Positions 9,142 to 20,959 of a stretch of 59,520 bases of DNA are shown here, in pieces. Numbering within the stretch: position 1 is the stretch's first letter; each line of letters begins with the position of its first letter. The translations under genes were made by a program, and so were the position numbers. This DNA is from Candidatus Saccharimonadales bacterium. Lineage in GTDB: Bacteria > Patescibacteriota > Microgenomatia > Woykebacterales > RBG-16-39-9b. The stretch lies in contig DATIHF010000071.1 of the NCBI GenBank assembly GCA_035480955.1, positions 1 to 59,520 on the forward strand, in the 5' to 3' direction. Below the pieces are notes generated by a model. The model saw only the letters and a list, made by a program, of their open reading frames with translations. It did not search any database and was not told where the DNA came from.

Positions 9142-10610
9142 GAGGCCCAAGTAACCTCCTAGAGAGGCTAACTCCGTTTTTTTCTTTAATCTTATTGACC
9201 ACTCCTCTATGGTTGTCCTTTTTCCTGCCCGCCTTTACCGTCTATCTAATTTTCATTTTCGATCTTTATTTTGTCTACCGCTCCTCCTTTTTAGCAATTA
9301 ATTCAGTACGCTCCTACTTGAAAATTAAAGAAAGTGCTCAAACAAATTGGTTGGAGAAAGCAAGGAGTGAAAACTTGTCTTACCAAAAGGTCCATCACTT
9401 AGTTTTCATCCCAACTTACAAAGAGCCTTACACTATTCTGGAAAGAACTCTCTCGTTTCTCGCTGCGTCTGAGTTTCCTTCGAAAAATATCATCATTGTA
9501 CTAGCCGGTGAGGAAAGGGAAGAGGGCTTTTTGGAAAAGGCAGAAGAATTAAAGAAAAATTTCGCGAAATTTTTCTACCAGATACTCGTAACGCGCCATA
9601 TTTTGAAAGAGGGTGAAGTCGCCGGCAAAAGCTCCAATCAAAACTATGCGGCAAGTTTGGTTTCCTTTTTTATCGAACAAGAAGGCTTTGACGAAGACTT
9701 TCTCACCATCACCTCCTGCGATGCCGATGTAGCGATCCATCCCAAATATTTCTCCAACCTTGCCTATCTTTTTCTGAAAAGCCCTGAGCCTTACAAACGC
9801 TTTTGGCAAGGAGCACTCGTCTTCTATAACAACATTTGGCGTGTCCCACTCCCTGTTCGAGTAGTTCACACTCTCTTTTCAGTCGCGGGAGTCGCTGATC
9901 TGATGCGTTCTAAAACCAGTTTTATTTACTCAACTTATTCTGCCTCCTGGAAAATGATTAAAGAGGCTGGTTTTTGGGACCCTGACGTTATTAGCGAGGA
10001 TTGGCACCTTTTTTTCAAGACTTTTTTTGCCACCAAAGGGCAGGTGGAGCTGGAGCCAATTTTTCTTGCTTCCTCAGCTGATGCAGTTGAAGGGAACGGC
10101 TACCTTAACTCTCTTTCGGCTCAGTACCAGCAAAACCGTCGCTGGGCTTGGGGAGTGGTCGATGTTGGCTATGCTTTAAAAAAGTTTAGAGAGCACTACC
10201 GAGAAATCTCAATTCCTAATTTTATTATTCGCTTACTCAGAGCTCTCGAACAACACCTGCTCTGGCCAGTCAACTGGTGGTTTATCACTCTCGGGGCCAC
10301 TCTACCGCCTTTGATAAACCCTAACCTGCGCTATACAACCCTTGGCTATTATCTCCCCAAACTCTCGGGAATTATTTTGACCATTTCTACTTTATTTATC
10401 CTCGTGATTATTGTCATTGACATCCTTTTGCGTCCACCCAAGCCAGAGGGAGCGAAAAAGAGCTTTTTCTTGGTCAGTATTCTTCAGTATCTTCTCCTGC
10501 CAATCACTGGCTTTGTTTTCGGTTCGCTACCGGGAATGGACGCTCATGCCAGGCTTCTCTTTGGCAAGCGTCTCGACTACAAAGTAACCGAAAAGTTTGA
10601 AAAGAAATAA
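9138..10610 (+). CDS. Membrane glycosyltransferase, family 2 (processive type)
   Basis: IPTYKEP, CDADV, SEDWH and QxxRW (QQNRRWAWG), with flanking TM helices. Confidence 0.7.
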   Translation: MRGPSNLLERLTPFFSLILLTTPLWLSFFLPAFTVYLIFIFDLYFVYRSSFLAINSVRSYLKIKESAQTNWLEKARSENLSYQKVHHLVFIPTYKEPYTILERTLSFLAASEFPSKNIIIVLAGEEREEGFLEKAEELKKNFAKFFYQILVTRHILKEGEVAGKSSNQNYAASLVSFFIEQEGFDEDFLTITSCDADVAIHPKYFSNLAYLFLKSPEPYKRFWQGALVFYNNIWRVPLPVRVVHTLFSVAGVADLMRSKTSFIYSTYSASWKMIKEAGFWDPDVISEDWHLFFKTFFATKGQVELEPIFLASSADAVEGNGYLNSLSAQYQQNRRWAWGVVDVGYALKKFREHYREISIPNFIIRLLRALEQHLLWPVNWWFITLGATLPPLINPNLRYTTLGYYLPKLSGIILTISTLFILVIIVIDILLRPPKPEGAKKSFFLVSILQYLLLPITGFVFGSLPGMDAHARLLFGKRLDYKVTEKFEKK

Positions 10611-10653
10611 ATTTGATTCTTAGTTTCTAAAGAATGCTATAATTCTCCAACTT

Positions 10654-11007
10654 ATGGATGAGGAAAAGAAGGTTTCGCCCTTTCGACCGGTGAGTCTCTG
10701 GGCTTTTTTTGGAAATTTAATCATTCTTGTTTTAGGAGTTTTTTTGCTGTTTTGGCACCAGCAGAGTTTGCCACCAAAGATCCCTCTTTGGTTTTCTCAA
10801 CCTTGGGGCGAGAGCCGACTCTCCGATCCAGCCTTTCTTTGGCTACTGCCTTTGTTGATTGCCTTTTTCCTGGTGGTTAACAATGGCTGGGCGAAATTTT
10901 TGGAAAAAAATCATCCTCAGCTTGCCTTGCTTTTAGTTTGGACCTCTTTCTTGATCGCTATTGTCTGCTTCTTCCCGCTTTACCGAATCATTTTAGCGGT
11001 CATCTAA
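10654..11007 (+). CDS. Hypothetical small membrane protein
   Basis: Track ORF with 3 hydrophobic segments. Confidence 0.4.
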   Translation: MDEEKKVSPFRPVSLWAFFGNLIILVLGVFLLFWHQQSLPPKIPLWFSQPWGESRLSDPAFLWLLPLLIAFFLVVNNGWAKFLEKNHPQLALLLVWTSFLIAIVCFFPLYRIILAVI

Positions 11008-11010
11008 GCT

Positions 11011-12120
11011 ATGTCTTATATTATTGTCGCTTTGATTGCTTTTCTTTTTTCTTACCTTAGCTCACCTTTGACAATCAAGTTGGCGAGGAGATTCTCTCTA
11101 GTCGATCTTCCAAAGAGTCCACACCCAGCGGCCTTGCACAAAAAAACCTTGCCTCGGGCGGGGGGAATCGCGCCTCTACTTGGTTTTCTAGCGGCTTTAA
11201 CAATTTTTGCCCTTTGGAGTCCTGCCTTTTTCTTTTCCAAAGCAGTCTGGGGAATAGTTATCTCCGCGGCTCTTCTAGTTGCGCTAGGAACCGCTGATGA
11301 TAAATACAATCTCAATCCTTACTTGCGACTGGCTGCTAATTTTGCGATTGTTGGCATCGTAGTAGCTGCTGGGGTGGGAATTAACTCCTTTACCAATCCT
11401 CTGGGAGGCGTTTTCTTCCTTAACCAAACGATTTACCACATCAGCCTACCGGCAATCTTTGGGCCACTAGCAGGAGCCCATTCGATCGTTCTTTGGGCGG
11501 ATCTTTTCGCTTTTCTCTGGATTATTTGGGTCATGAACGCCCTCAACTGGAGTAGCGGTGTTGATGGCCAATTGCCTGGGATCGCGAGCATTGCCTTGTT
11601 ACTTCTCGGGATTGTTGCCTCGGCTCTTGTCAGCAAAGACCCTGGTCAGTTTTTTGTCGCGGTTTTAGCTTTTGCCGCGGCGGGGGCCTTCCTTGGCTTT
11701 CTACCTTTTTCCTTTTATCCCCAAAAAATCATGCCTGGATACGGGGGTTCTACACTAGCGGGTTTTTTGATCGCAACCCTGGGTATTTTATCTGGCGCAA
11801 AGCTTGCAGTTGTTTCTTTAGTGATACTGATTCCCCTCATCGACAGTCTTTGGGCCATCCTACGCCGAGTTTTGGGTAAACACTCTCCTGTTTGGGGCGA
11901 CAGTTTTCACCTTCATCACCAACTTCTTCGCATGGGCTGGTCAATTCCTCAGATCTGCTATTTTTATTATTTTGTTACTGCTGTCTTTGGGCTCCTGGCA
12001 CTGCAGCTTGATTCTCAAGAAAAATTTTTTGCTCTGGCAATTTTGGGAGTAATAATTTTCTCCGCTTTATTTACAATTTTTATTTTGGTGGGAAAATTCG
12101 ACTTAAAGAAATATGGCTAA
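11011..12120 (+). CDS. Polyprenyl-phosphate sugar-1-phosphate transferase (GT4, MraY/WecA family)
   Basis: GTADDKYNL and NALNWSSGVDGQ motifs in a polytopic protein. Confidence 0.8.
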   Translation: MSYIIVALIAFLFSYLSSPLTIKLARRFSLVDLPKSPHPAALHKKTLPRAGGIAPLLGFLAALTIFALWSPAFFFSKAVWGIVISAALLVALGTADDKYNLNPYLRLAANFAIVGIVVAAGVGINSFTNPLGGVFFLNQTIYHISLPAIFGPLAGAHSIVLWADLFAFLWIIWVMNALNWSSGVDGQLPGIASIALLLLGIVASALVSKDPGQFFVAVLAFAAAGAFLGFLPFSFYPQKIMPGYGGSTLAGFLIATLGILSGAKLAVVSLVILIPLIDSLWAILRRVLGKHSPVWGDSFHLHHQLLRMGWSIPQICYFYYFVTAVFGLLALQLDSQEKFFALAILGVIIFSALFTIFILVGKFDLKKYG

Positions 12121-13036
12121 ACTTTATTACCTCTTGGTTTCCGCTCGCCCAAGACAATGGTTGAAAAATTTAGCAGTTTTTGCAGCGATCTTTTTTGACG
12201 GTCGTTTGGCTAATAGAGAAGATTTTAAAACCGTTACTTTTGTTTTTATAATTTTTTGCTTGCTTTCAAGCGCAATTTATTTGATCAATGATGTGGTCGA
12301 TATTGCCGCTGACCAAGTTCATTTTTCAAAAAAAGAGCGCCCTATCGCCAAAGGCTTGATCTCAAGGAATTTGGCAGTTTTTACTAGCGTTTTACTTTTA
12401 ACAGCCGCCCTCCTGACGGCACTACAAATCTCTGATTTGGTTTTCCTCTCGGCACTAGTTTTTGTAACAGTGCAGCTTTTCTACAGCTTTTCTCTCAAAC
12501 AAATAATTCTCCTTGATGTTCTAACGATTGCCGCGACTTTCATGCTGAGAGTTTTTGCCGGCTCTTTTGCGATCAATGGACCGCTTTCTGCTTGGCTGAT
12601 CTTAACGGTAATGATGCTTTCCCTTTTCCTGGCAATTGGGAAAAGGAGAAGTGAGGTAACCTTACTTTCGCACCGACAAGCAGCGGTGCACCGAAAAATC
12701 CTTTCTCATTACCCTTTAAACCTCCTCGATGGTTTAGTGTTTATGATGGCAACGGCTACTTTATTGACTTACAGTCTTTTTAGCTTCAACACAGGCAAGG
12801 CAATTTCGACTAATTTGGTGGGAAGTTTTTTACCAACTACACTGTCGAACCCTCGTTGGCTCATGATCACCATCCCCGTGGTAGTGTACGGAATTTTTCG
12901 CTATCTTTATCTAATTTTTGAGGAAAAAGAGGGCGAGTCGCCGGAAAAAGTTTTACTATCTGATTTCCCGCTTTTCTCGAGTGTTTTAGTCTACGGCTTA
13001 GTGAGCTTCACTATCATTTATATCTTTAATGCTTAG
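12113..13036 (+). CDS. UbiA-family prenyltransferase, decaprenyl-phosphate phosphoribosyltransferase-like
   Basis: ARPRQWLKNLAVF and NDVVDIAADQVH..K..RPIAKG motifs. Start overlaps the upstream stop (ATGGCTAA). Confidence 0.75.
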   Translation: MAKLYYLLVSARPRQWLKNLAVFAAIFFDGRLANREDFKTVTFVFIIFCLLSSAIYLINDVVDIAADQVHFSKKERPIAKGLISRNLAVFTSVLLLTAALLTALQISDLVFLSALVFVTVQLFYSFSLKQIILLDVLTIAATFMLRVFAGSFAINGPLSAWLILTVMMLSLFLAIGKRRSEVTLLSHRQAAVHRKILSHYPLNLLDGLVFMMATATLLTYSLFSFNTGKAISTNLVGSFLPTTLSNPRWLMITIPVVVYGIFRYLYLIFEEKEGESPEKVLLSDFPLFSSVLVYGLVSFTIIYIFNA

Positions 13037-13584
13037 GTGTCTTTGGCGAATTTATAGAAAACAAAAGTAAGCCCAAGTGTAATCGTCAAAGAAACCCCAA
13101 GAACAAACGATGAGGTTAGTCCCTGATAAACATTGATGATAATTAGAAAGAACACTACCCAAGTCAGCAGGAGCCAAACCGCGGCCTGATGATAAACTTG
13201 TCCAGTGGTGGTGAGCCAAAAGTCTTTCCCCTTTTTAATTAATTTGCTTATTAAAGTCGGGTGGGTGAAGTCGATGTTTAAATGCTGAGCCTGAAAAATA
13301 GTCCAGGTAAAAGCTAGCCCACACACTAAAATTGTAACTAAATCAGAGAAATTGGTGACTGTTGAGAGAGCTTCTGAACTTGAGAAAGAGAAAATTAAGA
13401 AATTGCTTCCCGTCGGCTCTAAACTAATTGTCCAGGGAATTTGAAAGATTAGACTAGCGAGAAAAATCCCGAGTATTTTGGTGGAAATTACGATCACGCC
13501 GGGCAAAATTGCTCGATCAACCAACTTAAGGGCAGAAACACTCTTCATACTAGAAAGGTTAGCAAGTTTGAAGCTCTCTAGCAA
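13033..13584 (-). CDS. Hypothetical membrane protein
   Basis: Track ORF with multiple TM segments. No motif recognised. Confidence 0.4.
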   Translation of the reverse strand: MLESFKLANLSSMKSVSALKLVDRAILPGVIVISTKILGIFLASLIFQIPWTISLEPTGSNFLIFSFSSSEALSTVTNFSDLVTILVCGLAFTWTIFQAQHLNIDFTHPTLISKLIKKGKDFWLTTTGQVYHQAAVWLLLTWVVFFLIIINVYQGLTSSFVLGVSLTITLGLTFVFYKFAKDT

Positions 13585-13629
13585 GCTCTCCTCTTAACCA
13601 ACTTCGAACAATTTGTTATCCTTACACAG

Positions 13630-14508
13630 ATGAAAAAGATTGTGGTTATTTCTCTTCTTACTTTGGTTGCAATAGTTTTGGTGTATTTATTTTTCGAATA
13701 CGCCCTACCAACACTCTCTCCGAACAACGCTAGTTTGTCAGTTAATGTGAGTGGGGAGAGTGCAAAAATTTATCTAAATAATAAAGAAATTGGGAAAACT
13801 CCTTACTATTCTGCTAAACAAAAAATCGGTGATTATGATTTAGAAGTTAGGCGAGGCACTACGAAATGGGTGACTAAAGTTACCCTCACTAGCCACACTC
13901 TGACGATGTTAGAGGTGGATCTTTCAAAAGAAAATCTTTTTACCTCGGCAAACAATCTGTCTTTTAAAAGTGGGGAGAGGAGTTTATTGGTCCTGACGAA
14001 GCCAGACAAAACCAAGGTTTTTCTTGATGAGCACTCGAAAGGGACCTCCCCACAAAAACTCTCTCCGAGTGCTGGGGTGTCCAGTCTAAAGATTGCCAAG
14101 GATGGTTATCTGACCCGCGAAGTGCCCGTGAGTATCGAAGAGGACCATACCTCCACCGCTTTAATTTATCTTTCCGCAGACCCTTTTGGAGTAACTAAAA
14201 AACTTGATGGAAATGCAAAAGTTACTCTTTTTGGTTTCTACAACAGCTTCATTGACCTTTCAAGAGATTACAGCAGCTGGGCTGAAGGAGTAGACCATAC
14301 CCAAATTTCTTTTTCTTCAAATGAGACTCACTTTGACGCTTTAGTGGACCCCAATGGTAAAGTTTACCCACTCAACCCAACACAATGGCAGAACAAACTC
14401 TCCAGCAAAGCAGACGCCAACGTCGGCTATTTGTCCAAAGACGCAAACTACACTCTAACTGCTTCGGCTAAGTCTTCGTGGGAAAGTCTAAAAAGTAAGT
14501 TCAACTGA
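13630..14508 (+). CDS. PEGA-domain-like secreted/anchored protein
   Basis: N-terminal TM anchor. Two segments (AKIYLNNKEIGKTPY, KVFLDEHSKGTSP...IAKDGYLT) resemble PEGA repeats. Confidence 0.5.
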   Translation: MKKIVVISLLTLVAIVLVYLFFEYALPTLSPNNASLSVNVSGESAKIYLNNKEIGKTPYYSAKQKIGDYDLEVRRGTTKWVTKVTLTSHTLTMLEVDLSKENLFTSANNLSFKSGERSLLVLTKPDKTKVFLDEHSKGTSPQKLSPSAGVSSLKIAKDGYLTREVPVSIEEDHTSTALIYLSADPFGVTKKLDGNAKVTLFGFYNSFIDLSRDYSSWAEGVDHTQISFSSNETHFDALVDPNGKVYPLNPTQWQNKLSSKADANVGYLSKDANYTLTASAKSSWESLKSKFN

Positions 14509-14513
14509 AGGCT

Positions 14514-14587
14514 TGGAGGCGTCGAGGGGAATTGAACCCCTGTAAAAGGTTTTGCAGACCTCTACCTAGCCACTCGGTCACGACGCC
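14514..14587 (-). tRNA. tRNA-Cys (GCA), CCA encoded
   Basis: Minus strand reads GGCGTCG..ACC-GAGTGGCTA-GGT..GAGGT-CTGCAAA-ACCTT..AGGGG-TTCAATT-CCCCT-CGACGCC-T-CCA. The cloverleaf folds by eye with a 3-bp D stem. Confidence 0.85.
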
Positions 14588-14643
14588 AAGCTATTCGGGA
14601 GATTATACCAAATTAGTTTTGCTAAGCACAGTTTCGGTGGGAT

Positions 14644-15366
14644 TTAGATGAAAATGTAGATTTTAGCGTTTTTCTCCAGGCCTTGATACCAGCTTTGAAA
14701 TTGGGAGTTCAATTTATCATTCTGCAGTTGGTTGCGCACTGCGTCTTTATTGGAGAGATCTACTCCGGTGAGATTGTTATCTTTATTTTTCGCCACGAAA
14801 TCTTCGATTTCTTTATCGGAGATTTTGATTTTATCAGCAAGTAGTTTTTCTACCATCAACTGAATTCTGATTTGGTTTTTAAATTCCGCTTCGCTGATAT
14901 TTCTGGACTGTAGTTCCTGTTTGAGTTGGTCTTTACCACCAACTTGTTTCTCAATATCAGAAGTTTTTTTATCAAGATCGCTTTGGGCAATGACGATTCC
15001 CTTGCGGTTGGCTTCTTGAGTGATGAGTTTGTCTTGGACGATTTGGTTGAGTACTTGCTTGCTATCCTTTTCTTTCAAGTTCTGGTAGTACTCTAGTGTC
15101 GATATTGGCTGGTTGTTTACTACCGCAGCAACAAACCAATTCTTTTTGATAACAAGGATTGCTCCGAGCGCAACGATAATTAGGAGCGCAACTAAGAGGC
15201 GAAGGTAAAGAGTACGATTTTTGGAAATATTACTACCAGCCGCAGAGTAGTAGCTCTGAAATGTATTTTCTGATTTCTTTTTTCGACTTGCTTTAGTGCG
15301 GGTAGGAGTCTTTTTTGGGGCTTCCTCTTTCTTGGAAGTTTTTTTAGCTCTTGCCATAGGGACCAA
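14644..15366 (-). CDS. SurA-N-terminal-like / PrsA-like chaperone domain protein, membrane anchored
   Basis: Basic N-terminus, one TM, then a helical region (VNNQPISTLEYYQNLKEK...). No PPIase motif seen. Confidence 0.45.
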   Translation of the reverse strand: MVPMARAKKTSKKEEAPKKTPTRTKASRKKKSENTFQSYYSAAGSNISKNRTLYLRLLVALLIIVALGAILVIKKNWFVAAVVNNQPISTLEYYQNLKEKDSKQVLNQIVQDKLITQEANRKGIVIAQSDLDKKTSDIEKQVGGKDQLKQELQSRNISEAEFKNQIRIQLMVEKLLADKIKISDKEIEDFVAKNKDNNLTGVDLSNKDAVRNQLQNDKLNSQFQSWYQGLEKNAKIYIFI

Positions 15367-15414
15367 ATAATTCTAAAGCATCCTTTAGCAATATTTCAAG
15401 GGGTATTTTTCGAA

Positions 15415-15440
15415 GCAAAGAAAAAGGGCCACCTGGCCCT
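15415..15440 (-). terminator. Intrinsic terminator after groEL
   Basis: Minus strand reads AAGGGCC-aggt-GGCCCTT followed by TTTTCTTTG. Confidence 0.6.
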
Positions 15441-15469
15441 TTATCCATTCTTCAATCTAACTGTGGGAA

Positions 15470-17409
<1,940 letters not shown>

Positions 17410-17453
17410 TAAAACCTCCTTAAAATTATTTTGAACTTAATTTATTGGGCAAA

Positions 17454-17480
17454 ATCGCACTCACTGTGAAAGTGTGCTAA
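17454..17480 (-). promoter_or_regulatory. CIRCE-like inverted repeat (HrcA operator)
   Basis: Minus strand TTAGCACAC-N9-GAGTGCGAT versus consensus TTAGCACTC-N9-GAGTGCTAA. It lies between the promoter and groES. Confidence 0.65.
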
Positions 17481-17483
17481 CGT

Positions 17484-17512
17484 AGTTTAGCGGCAAGCCT
17501 TATTGTTGTCAA
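17484..17512 (-). promoter_or_regulatory. groESL promoter, TTGACA-17-TAAACT
   Basis: Plus-strand tgtcaa at 17507-17512 and agttta at 17484-17489. Confidence 0.55.
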
Positions 17513-17523
17513 GAGTGGAGGAA

Positions 17524-18882
17524 TTATTTCTCTTTACTTGGAGCTATTAGCTTGTATTTGGTCAGAATCGGGGTAATTCTTTTCTCTAGGTCAACTAGCT
17601 CGGCCTCTGTACTACCGCCAGTTTCCAACTTAGTAATGCTTTTTTTTAATTCGGTAATTAAATTGTCATTGAGTCCCTCATCTTGGGTACTGTCTTGGAG
17701 AAACCAACTTTGGGCGGTGGGTGCTTCACTCAGGTAAGGGGAGAGGAGCGGGTTATCAATTTGCTGCTCGGCCATATCGACTCTCGGGTAGACTCTTCCC
17801 AAACCAACACTTTTGGTGTCGAAGTCATAAACAGTTTTTAAAGCTTCTGGGGTAACCAGATATTTGGCAAATTTCCAGGCTGCGGCCTGCTTTGCCTTAG
17901 AAGAATTGGCTCCCACTCCAATTGCCCAGTAACTTCCCCAGTTGACGCTTTTTGAATCGACCAGTTGGGGGACCTTAGCAACTCCAAAATCCATACTTAA
18001 ACCTTGCTCTTTAAGGTAGTTTTGCAAAGTGGGGATTTTAGCCGCAGGCAGTAGAATCATCGCAGTCTTTCCTTTGGCAAAAGCTTCTAGACTGTTTGGT
18101 AAAGTGTTGTCCCAAGTTCGACTTTTACGGTTAAAGTCTAGGTAGAAATCAACTGTTGTGGCGGCGAGACTCTTACCATTGGTGTCTTTATCGCTAGCCA
18201 AAGTTAGCTTCGCGTCCCTAATAAAATCCACCCCCGACTGCAGGAAAAGCAGCCCCAAGATATCTGAGGCATTCTCGACATTGTTTGCCGATCCCAAAGC
18301 AATCGCCGAGTTAACGATCCTTTGTCGGTCTCCGGCGGTTAAAGAGGAGACATAGGGTGATTGCAGAGAGGACCAGGTGCGTGGTGGTTCGGAAAAATTA
18401 CTTTTTGCCAGAAGAGTTTTATTGTAAAGGAGCGCTAGACTATCAAACTCTAGTGGCAAGCCTCGAAAAGTTCCTTGCCATTTAAGATCTGCTTTAGCAA
18501 TGGGGTAGAAAGTCTTTTCAAATTCTTGGCTACCCATCACCGAGCTGGGCATTGGGGAAAGCTCAGAAAGTAGCTCGGGACCCCACCCAGAGTGCCACCA
18601 GAAAAGATCCGGCCCACTCTTTCCGTCGAGCGATGCTTTTAAGGTTGAGTAATAATTGTCCACCGGTCTTTTTTCGTATTCTATCGTGATGCTAGGATTT
18701 TTTGCCTGGAAATCTGTTTTCAAAGTCTGAAAAACACTAGTGTCCCAAAGTCCTACCACTTTAATAGTCGTGGCAGCTGGCTTTTTGTTGTACGGGAAAA
18801 CTAAATAGAGAAGAGCGTAAGTTAGCCCAAAAGTGACGAGGAAGAGACAAGTGTAGGCGATGATTTTTTTGGCAGAGAGCAT
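17524..18882 (-). CDS. Extracellular solute-binding protein (ABC transporter, family 1-like)
   Basis: N-terminal anchor, with size and blocks (PDLFWWHSGW, TAMILLPA) typical of sugar-binding SBPs. Confidence 0.65.
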   Translation of the reverse strand: MLSAKKIIAYTCLFLVTFGLTYALLYLVFPYNKKPAATTIKVVGLWDTSVFQTLKTDFQAKNPSITIEYEKRPVDNYYSTLKASLDGKSGPDLFWWHSGWGPELLSELSPMPSSVMGSQEFEKTFYPIAKADLKWQGTFRGLPLEFDSLALLYNKTLLAKSNFSEPPRTWSSLQSPYVSSLTAGDRQRIVNSAIALGSANNVENASDILGLLFLQSGVDFIRDAKLTLASDKDTNGKSLAATTVDFYLDFNRKSRTWDNTLPNSLEAFAKGKTAMILLPAAKIPTLQNYLKEQGLSMDFGVAKVPQLVDSKSVNWGSYWAIGVGANSSKAKQAAAWKFAKYLVTPEALKTVYDFDTKSVGLGRVYPRVDMAEQQIDNPLLSPYLSEAPTAQSWFLQDSTQDEGLNDNLITELKKSITKLETGGSTEAELVDLEKRITPILTKYKLIAPSKEK

Positions 18883-18890
18883 TTTTTTAC

Positions 18891-19766
18891 TTATTTTTTA
18901 ATTCTATCGAGATAGTCGGAGAGTGGTTGGGCTAGACCGTCTCTTTTGAGGGCAAATTCGATATTTGCCTCGATGAAACCAAGCTTGTCACCAATATCGT
19001 AGTAGCGCGCGTTGTCCACCAACACCGTGTAAACTGGTTCATTTTGGATTAGTTGCTCGATCGCATCGGCAAGCCAGAGCTCTCCAGACTTCCCTGGTTG
19101 AAGTTGGTCGAGATACTTCCAGATTGAGGGGGTGAAAACATAGGCTCCGTGAGTCGCGATATCACTGGGGGCTTCGTCGGGATTTGGTTTTTCAACGATT
19201 TTCTCAATTTGATAAACATTGCCTTCGACTGGTTTGACCTGGGCAATCCCGTATTTACTCAACGACGCTTTATCAGCAATCTTGACCCCACTGATCACTG
19301 AGACTTGGTATTTATTGTAAACATCGAGGAGTTGTTTGAGACGGGGAGGCTCAGCGTAAATGAATTCATCACCCCAGACTACTGCGAAAGGCTCGTCCTC
19401 AACTAAATGTTTGGCAGCGATCACGGGTGTGGCGTTGCCGTAAGGTCCTTTTTGCCTGATATAAATAAAGTTTGCTAGCTTAGCAATTTTTTCTATTTCT
19501 TCAGCTTTGTCATTTTTATCAACACTTTTGAGAAAGTCTTCAAGTTCCTTACTGCGATCGAAATGATCTTCAATGGGACGCTTACTGCTACCGGTGACAA
19601 TCACAATGTCTTCAATACCGGAGTTGGCAATCTCTTCCACCACGTATTGGATCACTGGCTTATCCACAATCGGAAGCATTTCTTTGGGCATTGCCTTGGT
19701 TGCCGGTAAAAATCTAGTCCCCAAACCAGCGGCCGGAATAATCGCTTTAGTTACTTTGTTTTTCAT
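18891..19766 (-). CDS. galU: UTP-glucose-1-phosphate uridylyltransferase
   Basis: KAIIPAAGLGTRFLPATKAMPKEMLPIVDKP. Confidence 0.9.
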   Translation of the reverse strand: MKNKVTKAIIPAAGLGTRFLPATKAMPKEMLPIVDKPVIQYVVEEIANSGIEDIVIVTGSSKRPIEDHFDRSKELEDFLKSVDKNDKAEEIEKIAKLANFIYIRQKGPYGNATPVIAAKHLVEDEPFAVVWGDEFIYAEPPRLKQLLDVYNKYQVSVISGVKIADKASLSKYGIAQVKPVEGNVYQIEKIVEKPNPDEAPSDIATHGAYVFTPSIWKYLDQLQPGKSGELWLADAIEQLIQNEPVYTVLVDNARYYDIGDKLGFIEANIEFALKRDGLAQPLSDYLDRIKK

Positions 19767-19852
19767 AAAAAGGTTTTTTAATTTATAATTATGGTATCAT
19801 AGCTTCGTTGGTGGAACAAATATTTTTATACTTTTAAAGGAGGTGAGTTATT

Positions 19853-20413
19853 TTGATAAAAAACCCTTCCCAACGCGTTGGCGTTTTTATTGATGTACAA
19901 AATCTTTATTACTCAGCCAAAAATCTCTACAACGCAAAGGTAAATTTTGGAAAAATACTGGAAAAAGGGGTCGCGGGGCGACAACTTATTCGTGCTTTTG
20001 CTTACGTGATCCGTGCCGATATCCCCGAAGAACAATCTTTTTTCGATGCTTTGACTAAAGCTGGTTTTGAAGTGAAAAGTAAAGATATTCAAGTTTTTGC
20101 CGGGGGAGCCAAAAAAGGTGATTGGGACGTGGGAATCGTCATCGATATGATCCGCATGGGTCCAAAACTCGATGTGATCGTCCTGGTTTCCGGTGATGGT
20201 GACTATGCCCCAGCTCTTGAGTATTTGCGCAACCAAGGTCATTTGACTGAAGTTTTTGCTTTTGGCAAAAGTACCAGCGCCAAATTAATTTCCGAGGCCG
20301 ATGAGTTTACTGATTTAGATGAAAACAGTCGGGAATACTTGATCGCCGGAAAAAAACACGGTTACCGTAGACCTTACCAAAATCCAGAAAAGCCGACTCT
20401 GCCGGAATTATAA
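19853..20413 (+). CDS. NYN/LabA-like domain protein
   Basis: VGVFIDVQNLYYS and VLVSGDGDYAPALEYLR blocks. TTG start after AGGAGG. Confidence 0.7.
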   Translation: MIKNPSQRVGVFIDVQNLYYSAKNLYNAKVNFGKILEKGVAGRQLIRAFAYVIRADIPEEQSFFDALTKAGFEVKSKDIQVFAGGAKKGDWDVGIVIDMIRMGPKLDVIVLVSGDGDYAPALEYLRNQGHLTEVFAFGKSTSAKLISEADEFTDLDENSREYLIAGKKHGYRRPYQNPEKPTLPEL

Positions 20414-20426
20414 AAAAAGCGCCAGT

Positions 20427-20666
20427 TTAGTTTTTCCGGCGCTTTGAGTTTTTCACGATCTCAATTTCTTCTTCTAGTAGTCGATGCTGGTGTTGACAGT
20501 TTTGAAAATCAACAATGATGTAGAGGTCTGACATTTTGGGACTCTGTTTTGGTCTTTCTACGACAGTCCCAATGTCACCGTGCCTTCCATGCAACTCTAG
20601 ATGAGGGCGCCTTCCCTTCCAATCGAAATCAGCCTTGACCTTAATATGGGTTCCCGGCTTAACCAT
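20427..20666 (-). CDS. Hypothetical protein, 79 aa (track start 20684 is TTG; the ATG at 20666 is preferred)
   Basis: Track ORF. No motif recognised. Confidence 0.45.
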   Translation of the reverse strand: MVKPGTHIKVKADFDWKGRRPHLELHGRHGDIGTVVERPKQSPKMSDLYIIVDFQNCQHQHRLLEEEIEIVKNSKRRKN

Positions 20667-20695
20667 GAAACAGTCTCCCTTCAACTATGGGTTTC

Positions 20696-20723
20696 ACTAT
20701 AACTTATTTTTCTGTTTTGTCAA
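20696..20723 (-). promoter_or_regulatory. Candidate promoter, TTGACA-16-TATAGT, for the 79-aa gene
   Basis: Plus-strand tgtcaa at 20718-20723 and actata at 20696-20701. Confidence 0.4.
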
Positions 20724-20728
20724 TTTGG

Positions 20729-20789
20729 AAAATAAAATGACCCCGCTCGTCCGACCAACCCTCAGGGTTGTTGTGTCGGACGAGGCGGG
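20729..20789 (-). terminator. Intrinsic terminator closing cassette B
   Basis: Minus strand reads CCCGCCTCGTCCGAC-(nested CAACCCTGAGGGTTG)-GTCGGACGAGCGGGG followed by TCATTTTATTTT. Confidence 0.6.
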
Positions 20790-20819
20790 ATCAGGGTGCC
20801 GGGCTCCGTCAGGTGCTAC

Positions 20820-20959
20820 TTAACGGTTTGGAGTCCGGCCGGCGCGCACGATGCCATGTTGGCGCCGCGCTCGATGGTTCACCAGGGCGACGCGCCGCCG
20901 TCCGTGATGTTGTCGAAGATACGCTTTGCAATCCAGGGTGTGGTCGCCAAGTATCTCAT
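20820..20959 (-). other. Body of cassette B: either an sRNA or two coupled micro-ORFs (26 aa at 20879..20959; 20 aa at 20820..20882)
   Basis: GGAGG, 4 nt, then ATG at 20959 gives MRYLATTPWIAKRIFDNITDGGASPW*. Its TGA overlaps a GTG (TGGTGA) that opens MNHRARRQHGIVRAGRTPNR*. The segment is very GC-rich with many GC palindromes. Confidence 0.3.
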
